NCBI RefSeq assembly: GCF_009914755.1
Contig: NC_060938.1
Length of the DNA stretch: 64,000 nt
Origin: the human T2T-CHM13v2.0 reference genome, Homo sapiens
Reading direction: 5' to 3' (one strand)
Part shown: one piece after another, positions 25,581 through 40,095 of the stretch
How the letters are laid out: the number at the start of each line of letters is the position of its first letter
Position numbering within the stretch: the stretch's first letter is position 1
Translations under genes and position numbers: made by a program
The notes under the pieces: model-generated
What the model saw: only the letters and a program-made list of their open reading frames with translations
Database searches by the model: none
Told to the model about the DNA's origin: nothing

Positions 25581-28500
25581 CCAAGTAAGTTTCTTCCTTG
25601 TATCCCAGAAAATAGTAGCAATCTACTCTATCTCTTCCCACTCCTTCCTCAGGATAACAAGCTGCTTTCTTTGTCCCTCAAAAGTGGACCAAACCACTGG
25701 CAACAAGGAGGACAGCTGTACCCAGTGGGACACCAGTCTATTCCACAGCACTCCAGTAGTGGACAGAGGAGGGAAATGGGGGAATTCAGAAACCTAGAAC
25801 TACTAATGTCAGGCATTGTCCCAAGGTTTGGGCAGGTTGGAATTACTGCTTCCTCCAAAGATGCCAGTCTAGGGCTTCCAAAATTTTGGAAGTAAAACTG
25901 TAGTTTTTTTTAAAGGCCCAGTCCCTTCAAGTGAAGTCCAATTCAACCTCATATGTCATTATTATCGACCACAAAATCAGACTTTTGAATGCTAACTTTT
26001 GCATTAACCCATTATCTTCACAGCACCGTAGGAAATAGTATGATGATTTCTATCGTACAGACGAGGCAAATGACTCACCCTGTGTCCCACAGCTAATGGG
26101 TGGTGGAACTGGGACTCAAAGCTAGGCAATTTAAGCACTGAGCCAATTAACCTAACCACAACACTATCCAAGAGAAAGTACTCATTTCAGGGGTAACAGA
26201 TGAGAAGATTAATCTAAGATTTCATAAAAGAGCTGTGAGAATGTTATAAATATCTGGACCACTTTGCCTCTTAATTCCAACTAGTTAGCTTTAAAAATAA
26301 AATGGCAAAGACCTTTTTCTTCATGTCAGCTCAAGGGAGCTGAGCCAGGGCCAACTATGTGGTTCCCTTTCTTTTCTCCACAGACCTATGAAATAAAAGG
26401 CTGAGACTCAGATTCTAGGAGATTGGCTAATGTAAATGCTGGTCTAAATTAAGAAATAATCAGATTATCCCTCACATAAAATCTTTCATCAGAACAAATA
26501 AAACATCTCTTAAGTGACCAAAAACCATGTGGTGTTTGGGAAATGACATTATTTTGGCTGCCCAGTATGAAATTCTGCATGGAACCAACAACATATTCCA
26601 AACTGTTTATTCACTAAAGGGATATTGTATAAATTAATAAATTCCTCCTTATGTTAATCAGCTTTGCCATCGTTTTACAGAGATAAATAGAAACTTTCTT
26701 CCTGAAATGGAACAGAACACAGGAAATATATGAGACCTCTATTCTTGCCTCAGATACTGTTTGTGTCTTCATATCCAACTCATATCAAGCCCCTTTCTCG
26801 CCACTTTTCTAATTGTGGATAGCTTCTGGCCATTTTAAACTGTTTTCCACATGCCATGAGGATAAAGTGCTTATGTATTTTTATTCAGTTCTAAAATTTC
26901 AAGAGTAAACCATTGACTCATACTAAAAAGTTCTCCATCTTTAGAAATTCTTTAGGGTTATAACTTCTAGGTAAATCTGATTAGTGGAAATCTGATCTTG
27001 GCAATACAAAACAAACTCCAGTAAACAGTACTAGAGTTTCCTTTTCATTCCTGGTACTCATTATGTAAAATATAACATGAATGGGGGTTGAAAAGCTGAT
27101 ATGACATTGGTAGATTATATACATGCCAAATATAACAATTCTGGTAGGAATGAAAAAGAACTCCAGACATCTCTACGTATAACCACAATGAACTTTGCCT
27201 GGTGATAGTTTAAGTTAATGTCCATAAACAACTGGAAGGCCCTTTATCATTTAAGCATCATTAACCATGTGTTTGGGGATCGATGAGACAGTTTTAATAC
27301 ACATGATGTTTTAAGAGAAAGTTCCTCTATATGAGTGTTTTCACTTGACGTCTTTTCTCCTTTGCCATTTGATATTATGAATGCTGATTTGAATAAAGAC
27401 ACAATTACACTGGTTTTAAAAATGTAAACAGAAAGAACCTTAGTTCTTTTCCCAAAAGAGAATTTGTGCATTATGTCCACACCTTTGGTCAAGTGGGTCC
27501 TCACTGCTATCTCAGATGGTTTAGACCAGGTCCTCAGCTTAAAGAGAAACACCTTCTGGAGATGGTATATTTCTTCTTTGGCATATCAAAAACCAATCAC
27601 AGTATTAAGTTTAAAAAAAGAATAGAAATGGTGAGACCGTGTTTCAGGAAGGCAATGAACAGGTCTCTTTCCAGCTAGAGGCTTAAGACCCAGTTCATCT
27701 GCAACTCAGTCTGCTCAGTTGGCTTCTCCTGTCCTGTTTTGAAATTTCTGACCCTCTACTCCCTGTCCTTATCTTGAGCTCAAGTCCATTGTACCTCAGT
27801 TTATATTATCAAGGTGTACCAAGCTCCATTTTTCTGAGAATATTTTGCTGCCTAAAACTGCCCCTAACAGAAAACTAAACCTAAGAACCTTGCAGCTGGG
27901 ACATACATGTGATGGAAAGGGCCAGGGATCGGATAAGCACATTTAGAAAGGCTGAAAGTTCCTCTAGAGCAGGGTCCATAACCTGTGCTGCATGGAAAGT
28001 GCCTGGATTTTCTGCCTGAATTCATTTGCAAAAACGTTTATATGAGTTTATGTTTATATGTTTGTATGAGTTGTGGGTAGATGGTTCATAGTGTCCATCA
28101 GTTTGTCAAAGAGTTAAGAGCCACCATCTTGGAATAAATAGGCCCAGAGGTCTAAACCTTAGCATTTGCTCTTTTTTTGTTTCCAGTTCTGAGAAGCACA
28201 AGACAAAGGACACTAGTCCTGGAGCCACATGGATCCAGTTTTTCCTATTGCAGGAAAATAGGCTTCTGTTTCCCTCTACCACAAAGCACCTGTGATTCAG
28301 GCAAAGGGATTTCTTTAAAGCATCATATACCTGAAAAATAATCTCCCCCCAAAATGTTTTTTTTTTAAAGAATGAATTAGGCAAAGTCTATAGTCAGGAC
28401 ACCTTAGTGTCTTTGAGAAGGCAGGTAAACATATAACAATCTATGCTTGCAATTTAGCTGTGGAAAAGTGTGGAGGAAAAACAAGTCCCAGAGAAAGCTA

Positions 28501-28669
28501 AGTAGCTACTTAGAAATAGCCATGGTTTTTCAGTCCATAAACAGGAACCATGATATCCATAAACTTTTGAAGAGAAATCTTTGAAGAGAAATCTCCTCCA
28601 AACCCATAATGTGGTCAGACATTTGTGAATTTCATGCTAAGCTTTACATTACAGGCTTTTTATATAGAT

Positions 28670-28915
28670 GGCAGCAGAGTGTCTAGTGGCTAAAAGCCAA
28701 GTTTGGTGTCCCATGGATTCAGTTTGACTCCACATTTTCTCTACTTACCCAGACTGTAATTCTATGCAAAGTAACTGATCTTCTAAACCTTCATTTCCTT
28801 CTAACATAGGAATAATAATACTTCGTAGGTTTATGTAAATATTAAACACAATATGCCTTATAAATTGCTTGGCACCATGCCTAACACACAGTAGGTGTTT
28901 AATAAATGTTAGCTG
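28670..28915 (+). mobile_element. MIR
   Basis: ccttcatttcct...ggaataataatac...ttggcaccatgcctaacacacagtaggtgtttaataaatgttagctg. Confidence 0.7.
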
Positions 28916-29189
28916 CTATCTCTAGGGGATTCCATTTCAAGGGAAAATCAGATTGTATATTAATGGTCAGGAAATGAATTCTGAAAGCTCAAAGTCATTT
29001 GTTTGATTGACCTAAGTGGGCCTTTTGTTTTTAAGTGTGATAAATGAATAATTTTAAACTATTCCAGGTTTTAGATAAGGTTCTAAAGGGATGTCTCACA
29101 CCCTGGCTGCATATTAAAATTACTTGGAGCACTTTACAAACCTTGATGCCCATGGCTCAGCCTAGACTAATTAAGTTGGAGTCTCTGGG

Positions 29190-30283
29190 TATCGGGGGAA
29201 CTCACCCCCAATATTTCAACTTAGGTTCTTTCTATTTTCCATAAGTGTTGGCCGGCTGAGAAAGAGAAAGAGTACGAAGAGAGGAATTATACAGCTGGGC
29301 CGCTGGGGGTGACATCACATATCTGTAGGACCATGATGCCCACCTGAGCTGCAAAATCAGCACGTTTTTATTAAGGATTTCAAAAGGGGAGGGGGTGTAA
29401 GCAGGGAGTAGGTCACAAAGATCACATGCTTCAAAGAGGAAAAAGGAGAACAAAGATCACATGCTTCTGAGGAAACAGGACAAGGGCAAAATCAGAAACT
29501 CCTGATAAGAGTCCAACAGAGATCACAAGGCAAAGGGCAAAAGCAAAGATCACAAGGCAAAGGGCAAAAGCAGAATTACTGATAAGGGTCTATGTTCAGT
29601 GGTGCACGTATTGTCTTGATAAACATCTTAAACAACAGAAAACAGGGTTCGAGAGCAGAGAACCAGTCTGACCTCAAATTAACCAGGGTGGGTTTTTTTC
29701 CCCACCCTAGTAAGCCTGAGGGTACTGCAGGAGACCAGGGCGTATTTCAGTCCTTATCTCAACCGCATAAGACAGACACTCCCAGAGCGGCCGTTTATAG
29801 ACCTCCCCCCAGGAATGCATTCCTTCTCCAGGGTATTAATTATTAATATTCTTTGCTAGGAAAAGAATTTAACAATATCTTCCCTACATGCATGTCAGTT
29901 TATAGGCTCTCTGCAAGAAGAAAAATATGGCTCTATTTTGCCCGACCCCACAGCCAGTCAGACCTTGTGGTTTTCTTCCCTTGTTCCCTGAAAATCGCTG
30001 TTATTCTGTTCTTTTTCAAGGTGCACTGATTTCATATTGTTCAAACACATATGTTTTACAATCAATTTGTACAGTTAACACAAATATCATAGTGGTCCTG
30101 AGGTGACGTACATCCTCAGCTTATGAAGATAACAGGATTAAGAGATTAAAGTAAGACAGGCGTAAGAAATTATATGAGTATTATTTGGGAACGGATAAAT
30201 GTCCATGAAATCTTCACAATTTATATTCCTCTGCCGCGGCTCCAGCCAGTCCTTCCATTTGGGGTCCCTGACTTCCTGCAACA
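29190..30283 (-). mobile_element. MER11 solo LTR (HERV-K11/HML-8), antisense in the PTGER2 intron, nested in a MER5A-like element
   Basis: Minus strand begins TGTTGCAGGAAGTCAGGGACCCC; 1094 bp; 6-bp TSD TCTGGG at 29184-29189 and 30284-30289. Confidence 0.92.
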
Positions 30284-30322
30284 TCTGGGGAAGGGAGAAA
30301 TGCCTCAGAATATTTTTATGCA

Positions 30323-30649
30323 TGTATGTATGTATGTATGTGTGTATGTATGTATGTATTTATTTTGAGACAGAGACTCACTCTGTCAACCCAGGCTGAA
30401 ATGCAGTGGTGTGATCTCAGCTTACTACAACCTCTGCCTCCTAGGTTCAAGCAATCCTTCCCCTCAGCCTTCCAAGTAGCTGGGATTACAGGTGCCCACC
30501 AACACGCCTGGGTAATTTTTGTATTTTTTAGTAGAGATGTAGTTTCACCATGTTGGCCAGGCTGGTCTCAAACTTCTCACCTCAGGTGACCTGCCTGCCT
30601 CGGCCTCCCAAAGTGCTAGGATTACAGGCGTGAGCCACCGCACCCAACC
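30323..30649 (-). mobile_element. Alu (AluS) with (TGTA)n-converted tail
   Basis: Antisense dimer preceded by (ATGT)n. Confidence 0.92.
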
Positions 30650-31211
30650 TATTTTTAAAGCTCCTCAGGTGATTTCAATGATCGGCCAAATAAAGCCCTC
30701 ATTTGCTCTAAAATTCTGAACCCACTTTGTAATTGCATTAAAGATAGAAAAGTAGCGCAAAAGAATAGTACCTGGTCAGTGCCAAAATGAAGTTTTCTAT
30801 GGGAGGCTGCTTCTATACATGACAATGCTAAAATAGCACTAATTCTCATCTGTGCCACTTTGTAAATGTCACAACAAGGCTTTACCTTCTTAACAAAGCC
30901 CTGTAGAGACAGCCTGCCCTGAGGAATTAAAATTCACTTGACTCATTGGGATTAGCACTTGGTATTTTTCTCATAACAAATACATTGGTAGTGCACACAA
31001 AAAGATGGATAACTTCTACCAACCTCTGAAACTGAATTGCCGAATATCACTGACATATTATTAATTAATTATCTTATATCCTTTGTGACATCCTTTAACT
31101 AAAAACTCAGGACTGGCCGGAGGGAGAGGAGAATGGGCAGTTATTGTTTAATGGGTACAGAGTTTCAATTTGGGATGATGAAAATAATTCTGGAGATGGT
31201 AGTGATGGTTG

Positions 31212-31710
31212 CTGTTCTTTGTTCTTTTACGTGGATGCAGTCAAGTGCATCCACAAGAAGAGACACAGGAGATGTTCAGGAAAACACAGACATGGTGGAC
31301 CACTCAGGGCCACATGAAAAAGCATCGGTTTCAGTCAGGAGGCAGAGAGGCAGGAGGGTGGGGAGGACCTGGGCCAAGCCTTTATTGGAGTTTCCACAAG
31401 AAAGGCAGAGCAGGGTAAACAGTTTAGGATTGGTTAGGTTGAATAATTTCAGCAGGCGCTAAGCTATAGGGGTGGTCCCTAGTTGCCTGGTACCTGGCAT
31501 TGGAATGATAAAAGCAGAGGAATAAATATTTCCTTGATAGAAGAGTTCTGGCCCTGGATAGGTTAGTCTGTATATCAAAGACATGCTCCCAGCCTAACTC
31601 TTTGCTATCTCTACAAATTAGCTAGCCCCGGAGGGGCATTCTCTCCCAGCCAAGAAGAATTTAAGATGTCAAAACATAATATGCAGAAAAGTGAAAATAT
31701 AAACAATATG
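31212..31710. mobile_element. ERVL-class LTR fragment (MER76-like) inserted in an L1M 3' end
   Basis: gcctttattggagtttcc...ggtaaacagtttaggattgg...gtggtccctagttgcctggtacctggc; L1 3'-end sequence on both sides (31115-31211, 31711-31800). Confidence 0.45.
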
Positions 31711-31952
31711 ATTGCCCCACAATGTAAATGTATTTAATGTATAGCTGAAAATGGCAAAATGGTAAATTTTATGTTATATTTATTTTACCACAATTTTTTA
31801 AAATCCCAGTATCCATAAGATCAAAAATATAGTAATCTAGGCAAAAGACAAGAACCAAAAGAAAAAAATGGGGAGGTAGAAGACAAAACTTACATCAAGA
31901 ATTTCGAGGGTCACTGAAGTATGTCTCTTCTCCAAGTATAAAAGAAGGAACT

Positions 31953-32244
31953 GGCTGGGCGCAGTGGCTCACACCTGTAATCCCAGCACTTCGGGAGGCC
32001 AAGGCAGGCAGATCACTTGAGGTCAGGAGTTCAAGACCAGCCTGTCCAACATGGTGAAACCCCATCTCTACTAAAAATACAAAAATTAGCCAGGCGTGGT
32101 GGCGGGTGCCTGTAATCCCAGCTACTCAGGAGGCTGCAGCAGGAGAATCACTTGAACGCAGGAGGCAGAGGTTGCAGTGAGTGGAGATCACGCCACTGCA
32201 CTCTATCCTGGGCGACAGAGTGAGACTCCATCTCAAAAAAAAAG
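31953..32244 (+). mobile_element. Alu (AluS)
   Basis: Full dimer with short A tail. Confidence 0.95.
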
Positions 32245-33379
32245 CCGTCTTCTACAAAATATTGGTCACCTCCAAAGTGCAAATTTTAAGCAATTCTCAA
32301 AATTACCCAGCATAGTAGATGAAAAGGAAAGGAAACAGTACAGAATTGCTTCATCCTCTACACCAATTTTCACTTCTCATTATTCTGTCACGCTCTAAAG
32401 ACATTCAGGAACTCTGATGTGGGTTATTCTCCCCTGAAAACCTGACTCATCTTAATGTGTGAAGCTGCAACACCAGAGGCTATGCCTTTTCTGCACTTCT
32501 TGGCTGGCCAATTCAGTGTGAATATGTTCTCTGGTTAAACTAGATCATCAACTCAGCTGCAGGCCCTTTCTACAGGAGTGCTCAGTTATGCATCATGTGC
32601 ACACGTGTGTGTGCATATGTAATCACTAATATGTGTTTTAATCTGTAGACCTATGTGCATCATTATCCTGAATTTCTTACCTCCAAATCACTCTTTTAAC
32701 ACACCAGCCTGTGTAGTTTTCATCCAAAATAGTTTAACTGACAAGAAAGCTATTGCTCCATTGCACCTCCTCACCTAGCTTTCCTCTACTCTCTGGGAAA
32801 CCCACCATCAATTCTTCTTTTTCCTTACTCATCTGCCAAATCTTTTCTCCATTCCCTATGCCAAGATTCTCCGGCGTAAACACCTATGGCTGCCAAACCT
32901 TCCTGCTCTTGTCCCAACATAAGCAAACTGAAGATGACTACCCTTTGCGCTCTCTGCAATTTGCTTTGTATATCCAGTTGCCAGATGCCTGCAGAGTAAG
33001 TACTCAGAGAAGGGAAACAAGCTGCTCCTTCTTCTGCAGAAGGCGAGTGAAGAAAAGAGGGGCTAGGTGTCTAAAGCCATTGGTAAGAAAGACCCTGGAG
33101 CCTTATAAAGCACTGGTTTTAAATGACTAGGTGTGATCTACCTTTGTTTTCCTCTTTTCTGTGAATTTTGTAGAAGTGTGATCTTTATCAAGATGCATTA
33201 TTCCATTCCTTCCAACCTGCCCAAACATTTATGTTGCTCCCTAAATAACTAAGAAATCGTTTGAGGGCTGGTAGAGCAGTTTGGTCCATATGTAAAGATG
33301 TGTCAGCTTTCCAGTGTTCAGGACATTGTTCTGAGGCCTTTGCTCTAATACAGGCCTGCACGTAGCACACAGTGAGCAC

Positions 33380-33970
33380 TGCACTGGCATCAGGAGAGTT
33401 GGAATTTGCATCCTGATTTGGCCACTAACCAGCTCTGGGTACTTGAGCAAATTATCTAATTTTCTATACCCCAGTGTCTGCATTTGTAAAATGGATATAA
33501 TAACAATGAACACTGTGGAGCACTTAGGATGTGAGCACTGATCTAAGTAGCTTACACATATCACTTCCTATCATCCTTTCAGCAACTCTATGAAGTGGGT
33601 ATGTTATTATTATCACCCATTTTAAAGATGTCAAAACTGAGGCACAAAGGTCCATTATTAATATCTTGCCATTGGTCTCAAACTATATACAGAGGTAGGA
33701 TTCAAACCCAGTCCAATGGCCAGAACTCATACTCCCACTCAGGGTGTTCCATTGCAGAACCTGTCTCGCTGAATTGTGATCATTAGATTTAGTATTTGGA
33801 AGTAAATGTAACATGTTATTAGTTTTCCTGAAGTTCACTTCCTTATCTGTTAAAAAGAGACAATCTCTAAGTTTCAGAGTTTCTATAAGGAGTAGAGATA
33901 AAGCGGGGTTAGTACCCAGAACAATTCATGACACATATATTAGGTTATTGATACACTGGAGCTACTAATA
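33380..33970. mobile_element. Cluster of MIR fragments
   Basis: Repeated MIR cores (catttgtaaaatgg; cccattttaaagatgtcaaaactgaggcac; cacttccttatctgttaaa). Confidence 0.65.
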
Positions 33971-34314
33971 TTATCATTATTATTTATATTGTTAAAAGAT
34001 TCTATTCTAGATGACAAGAAAAGTTTATTTCTCTCCACTCCCAATGACACCAAGACATTGTGCATGGTGTTAATGTTAATTGCATTCCACAGAAAACATG
34101 CTTTCATTGAGTTCAAGGGGAAAAAATACATTCATTATGTTACAGTTTACATAAGGAAGAAAGGTAAGATTCCCAACCCCCACCTTTCGTTCCCCACCAC
34201 TACCACAGACAAAACATGGTTTTGCTTTTAAATCTCAAGACATAACATAGGGTCTAAGCCTGTCTACTGCTACGATGTAAAACTAACATCATTTTTCCCC
34301 TTTGCTTCTTACAG

Positions 34315-34548
34315 ATTTTTGCATATATGAATGAAACCTCTTCCCGAAAGGAAAAATGGGACCTCCAAGCTCTTAGGTTTTTATCAATTAATTCAATAAT
34401 TGACCCTTGGGTCTTTGCCATCCTTAGGCCTCCTGTTCTGAGACTAATGCGTTCAGTCCTCTGTTGTCGGATTTCATTAAGAACACAAGATGCAACACAA
34501 ACTTCCTGTTCTACACAGTCAGATGCCAGTAAACAGGCTGACCTTTGA
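34315..34548 (+). CDS. PTGER2: Prostaglandin E2 receptor EP2, coding exon 2 (aa 282-358, TM7 and C-tail)
   Basis: Acceptor tttttcccctttgcttcttacAG|ATT with branch-like CTAAC at 34283-34287. Translation IFAYMNETSS...ALRFLSINSIIDPWVF...KQADL*. 281+77 = 358 aa. Confidence 0.99.
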   Translation: MFAYMNETSSRKEKWDLQALRFLSINSIIDPWVFAILRPPVLRLMRSVLCCRISLRTQDATQTSCSTQSDASKQADL

Positions 34549-34652
34549 GGTCAGTAGTTTAAAAGTTCTTAGTTATATAGCATCTGGAAGATCATTTTGA
34601 AATTGTTCCCTGGAGAAATGAAAACAGTGTGTAAACAAAATGAAGCTGCCCT

Positions 34653-34658
34653 AATAAA
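34653..34658 (+). terminator. Candidate proximal polyadenylation signal AATAAA
   Basis: Canonical hexamer ~105 nt after the stop, with upstream TGTA (~34630) and downstream GT-containing ctgtggtc. Confidence 0.4.
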
Positions 34659-35672
34659 AAGGAGTATACAAACATTTAAGCTGTGGTCAAGGCTACAGAT
34701 GTGCTGACAAGGCACTTCATGTAAAGTGTCAGAAGGAGCTACAAAACCTACCCTCAATGAGCATGGTACTTGGCCTTTGGAGGAACAATCGGCTGCATTG
34801 AAGATCCAGCTGCCTATTGATTTAAGCTTTCCTGTTGAATGACAAAGTATGTGGTTTTGTAATTTGTTTGAAACCCCAAACAGTGACTGTACTTTCTATT
34901 TTAATCTTGCTACTACCGTTATACACATATAGTGTACAGCCAGACCAGATTAAACTTCATATGTAATCTCTAGGAAGTCAATATGTGGAAGCAACCAAGC
35001 CTGCTGTCTTGTGATCACTTAGCGAACCCTTTATTTGAACAATGAAGTTGAAAATCATAGGCACCTTTTACTGTGATGTTTGTGTATGTGGGAGTACTCT
35101 CATCACTACAGTATTACTCTTACAAGAGTGGACTCAGTGGGTTAACATCAGTTTTGTTTACTCATCCTCCAGGAACTGCAGGTCAAGTTGTCAGGTTATT
35201 TATTTTATAATGTCCATATGCTAATAGTGATCAAGAAGACTTTAGGAATGGTTCTCTCAACAAGAAATAATAGAAATGTCTCAAGGCAGTTAATTCTCAT
35301 TAATACTCTTTATTTATCCTATTTCTGGGGGAGGATGTACGTGGCCATGTATGAAGCCAAATATTAGGCTTAAAAACTGAAAAATCTGGTTCATTCTTCA
35401 GATATACTGGAACCCTTTTAAAGTTGATATTGGGGCCATGAGTAAAATAGATTTTATAAGATGACTGTGTTGTACCAAAATTCATCTGTCTATATTTTAT
35501 TTAGGGAACATGGTTTGACTCATCTTATATGGGAAACCATGTAGCAGTGAGTCATATCTTAATATATTTCTAAATGTTTGGCATGTAAATGTAAACTCAG
35601 CATCAAAATATTTCAGTGAATTTGCACTGTTTAATCATAGTTACTGTGTAAACTCATCTGAAATGTTACAAA

Positions 35673-35678
35673 AATAAA
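35673..35678 (+). terminator. Distal polyadenylation signal AATAAA
   Basis: Canonical hexamer preceded by several TGTA elements (~35584-35650) and followed by T-rich sequence. Confidence 0.8.
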
Positions 35679-38316
35679 CTATAAAACAAAAATTTGAAAA
35701 TGGAGTAGTATTTTATGAACTCCCTCAAATAACATTTTGTGATTAATATAAACATAGTATCTTTTAAATGAGTTCAAAGTGGAAAAATTATATTTAATTT
35801 GGCAGATTCGTAAAGTGTGGTTGCCAGGTTTTAAAGTGAGGTTGCAAATTAGAGTTTAAAATATTCATTATAATACTTGGTATTAGAAGATATTTTTTTC
35901 CTCCAGTTTTTACCCTTCCAGTATGATCTTTAAAATAGTAGAACCATCTTATTTTTTTCATAGTGATATTATTGGATAGCCACTCCTTAAAAAAAAAAAA
36001 AAGAGATGCTTGTTTTCTCCAAAGTCTCATTGAGTTGTTTATCCAAAGCTATTTCCTTTAAGCAGTTATCAAACTAGCTGATCACTTAGAATGATTTCAA
36101 ACCAATCTAGGCATCAGTGTATTTTGATACAAACAATCTACGTCAAATCAGCTCTTAAGAAGAATAAATAAGTGGTTTGCTTTTCTACAAATTTAAACAA
36201 GCCAGGCAAAATTTAACTTAACTAAAATCTAGACATGTAAATAAATCTTCCCTGTCCACCAGGCATTCTAAAGTTAAGAAATTATTCTAAATGGGACTAA
36301 TTAGGCCCATGGGTAATTCCTAAACATAAAATTCTGAAGTTGCTTTGAACTAGAAGATTAATTACTTTTATCAGATGACTTGTTTTTCTCCAGATGAAAA
36401 TGTCAACTACAATTTTTCACCCCACCTTACCGCCCCCCTAAAATCCCAGAATAATGCCTGAGAACTGAAAACAAAAACACAAAATTGGACATAATATCAC
36501 TAGCAGGAACAAAATGATTTGCTCTGGAGCCCAAAGTATAAGAATTTAAGCCACTTATTTAAGCACTGGTATATTTCTAGAACTCTGTTTCCTCATGTAC
36601 TCCTGTTCCATGTACTGTGCTGAATGACTAAATCCTGGTATTTCATTTATACCAATATATATGTAGAAGGAGTTGAAAGTAAAAATACTCTGTAATAGTC
36701 ATTACCTCCTATTAATGGCAATTTAAAGGTAGCTTAGAAAAAAATTACTAAAATTAGATATGTAAATATTCCCTTTCTAAAAATCCTGTCACATCAGACA
36801 TACCTGTTTAAGTTACTGTTTCATCATCAAGTTAAATAAAAGAACAGAATTTACTTAGCCTGATATATTAAAGACTGAATTGTGATAAAAGAAGATCTAG
36901 ACTTTATTCTTTGCCCCTAGTAGTCAGAATGAAAAGGGAGAAAGAAACCATAGTCGGGATTCCCTGCAGCATGCCAGCCCTAAGTTTAGGTGTTTCGATA
37001 TGAGATGGACCAAGCTCTCTGCTCTGAGCTGAATTGTTCCTAAATGGTTCAGTGTGGCCCTGGTCATCTTTTCCAAGAAAGAACTGAAAAATTCTGGTGC
37101 TAAATTGTGGCCTTGAATCTCCAAAAATCTGATCGGGATCTGAGTTTGTTTAGAAGGTATAAGATGACTCTAGAAGACCTGCATCACAAAGTGGGTTGGA
37201 CCCATGACAACCCAGAGCAAGACTGAAACTCTAGAAACCACTCCAACTCCAAATCATGATGCTTGCAGAGGTCTCGAACCCTGAGGAGGGAGGGCAAAAC
37301 TGATTCACATCACTACACGCTCATGTAACTCAGTTACACTTTGGCATCTCTGTCTCCTCAGCATCAGTGCACTTTGAGAGAGGGATTGTCCTAATGCTAA
37401 TGGCAGGTCAGCTCTGATCTGAACCAAGAAATAACAACACATTCCACTTTAGAATTTGATGACTTTGAAAGGCAAGGGGAGACAATTAGCTCTCACTTAG
37501 GCAGAGTTTTGTTTATTTCACTTAGCTTAAGCCAAATCTAATGGTTTTTGGAACTTGGGAAGAGCCACTACTTGAGACAGTTATAGAGAGAGATGCATTC
37601 CTCTCTATAAATGAGTATTTCATTCATGTCGACTTGCAATGCCTGCTCTTACTTGCTCTGTTACAACCTGAATATTTGATGCCTCTCTTCTGCCTTCATC
37701 AAACACTCACTCCACTGGCTTTCCTCTCAATCACCTAACAGCACTATAATTGATTTTTAAATTTACAAGTCGTTTTGATGACCTAAAATACACACTATGG
37801 AAAGAAGTATTATTTTAGCAATTCACAAAAGCTACATTTTAATTTATACATGGGCCAAGGCCATGTATTAGGCATTACTTATTTCAGAAAATTACTTTTT
37901 TTTTCCTGGCAGCTTTTGTGTTACTATACAAAAAGAAATTAAGTATATTCTCTTGAATGATATATTTTTATTTCTTATGAAATGTATGTATTATTTAAGG
38001 TCAATTTTAGTGGTTTAATTCTGTGATCCATGTATTTCACGGCACATGATAAATCCTAATAAGGTTAGGGATTAGTATCATCTTAGATACCCATTTAGTG
38101 GCCCCTCTGACCTCTTTACACACATCTGGCTCTTATTTCTGATTCTCAATGGCGGTGGTGGGTGCTAGGGGTGATGCTCTATATTAATTAACTCTGAGTA
38201 ACTGTCAAGAAAAATGATAATACACAAATGGGACAAATTTGCGTTTCATAGAATGCAATGAAGATTGGTACACATGGGAGAATGTAGAGGAATGAGTAAG
38301 TATAAAAGAGAGAGGA

Positions 38317-38755
<439 letters not shown>

Positions 38756-39653
38756 TTACCAATACTGAATGCTGATAGGTCAGTTCCTGGCTTAATCTGG
38801 ATATTATGTTTCTATTAATGCAACCTGGGATTACAAAGCTATCTAGAAACCAGGTCCTGTCTTTAAAACCTCCAACAGATGGAAGAAGCAACAGCATTCC
38901 AGTTTACATAGAGGAAAACTGGGTGTGCAGGGGTGAAGTGAGTTGGTCACTAGGGACATCCTCATAAGATACCCTTATGATTATGGTGCTGATCTTGCCG
39001 CCCTGAAACCACACAGCCATCATTTCTCTCTTGTCTCTTATCTCTTGCTTTTGGATTGGCTGTGTACACTAGGGATAGGGAGCTTTGGGCTTGTCAGTTG
39101 AACCTGGTCTTTTGGGTTAATAATTTTGCCCCTGAGATTATGTGCAACTAGATGCCAGTGCCCTACCCCAGAGAACAGTTCTCTTGAAGTGGAACTCACT
39201 GCTTTTAGTTATCAAACAACATTTTTACTAGAGTTAATTGGCAATACTCATCTCAGTCCTAAGAGTGTGCCTGATAGATCATGATAAATAAAATGTTTAA
39301 CAATTCAACAGCAGCACAAGCAAACCTTTGAATACATAGTGGAGACTTTTTCAGCTCTTACAGAGCTTCTCAGTGTGTCCACATTGTGAAGTGTTCAGAG
39401 AACAAGCCAAAAAGCCCTAGAGTTTTGAAAACCCAATGTTAACTTTTTATGTTTTTAAAAATAAATGTCCTCATGTTCCCCGCAGGATGAAAGGTATGAT
39501 AACCAAAACACTGTGGGCTGCATGTTGTGGTGTACTACTCTCTGACCTGTAAAAATAAATTTTTCTGGTGTGAGTAGGCGTTCCGATAAAAGAAGAGCAA
39601 GCCTAATTGTAAACTAGAGACTTTATTCTCTTGACTACCTATTATGGTGATGA

Positions 39654-40095
<442 letters not shown>

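Larger units (their letters stand above)
22487..34314 (+). other. PTGER2: PTGER2 intron (11,828 bp, GT-AG, phase 0, at end of TM6)
   Basis: GTAAGT donor and polypyrimidine-CAG acceptor give a continuous frame; position matches the conserved TM6 intron of prostanoid receptor genes. Confidence 0.97.
34549..35700 (+). other. PTGER2: PTGER2 3'UTR (end approximate)
   Basis: Repeat-free AT-rich sequence from the stop codon to the distal AATAAA at 35673; several ATTTA pentamers. Confidence 0.8.

Noticed and set aside
28566-28594. 14-bp tandem duplication TTTGAAGAGAAATC
   Set aside because: Ordinary slippage duplication in the intron, with no further signal.
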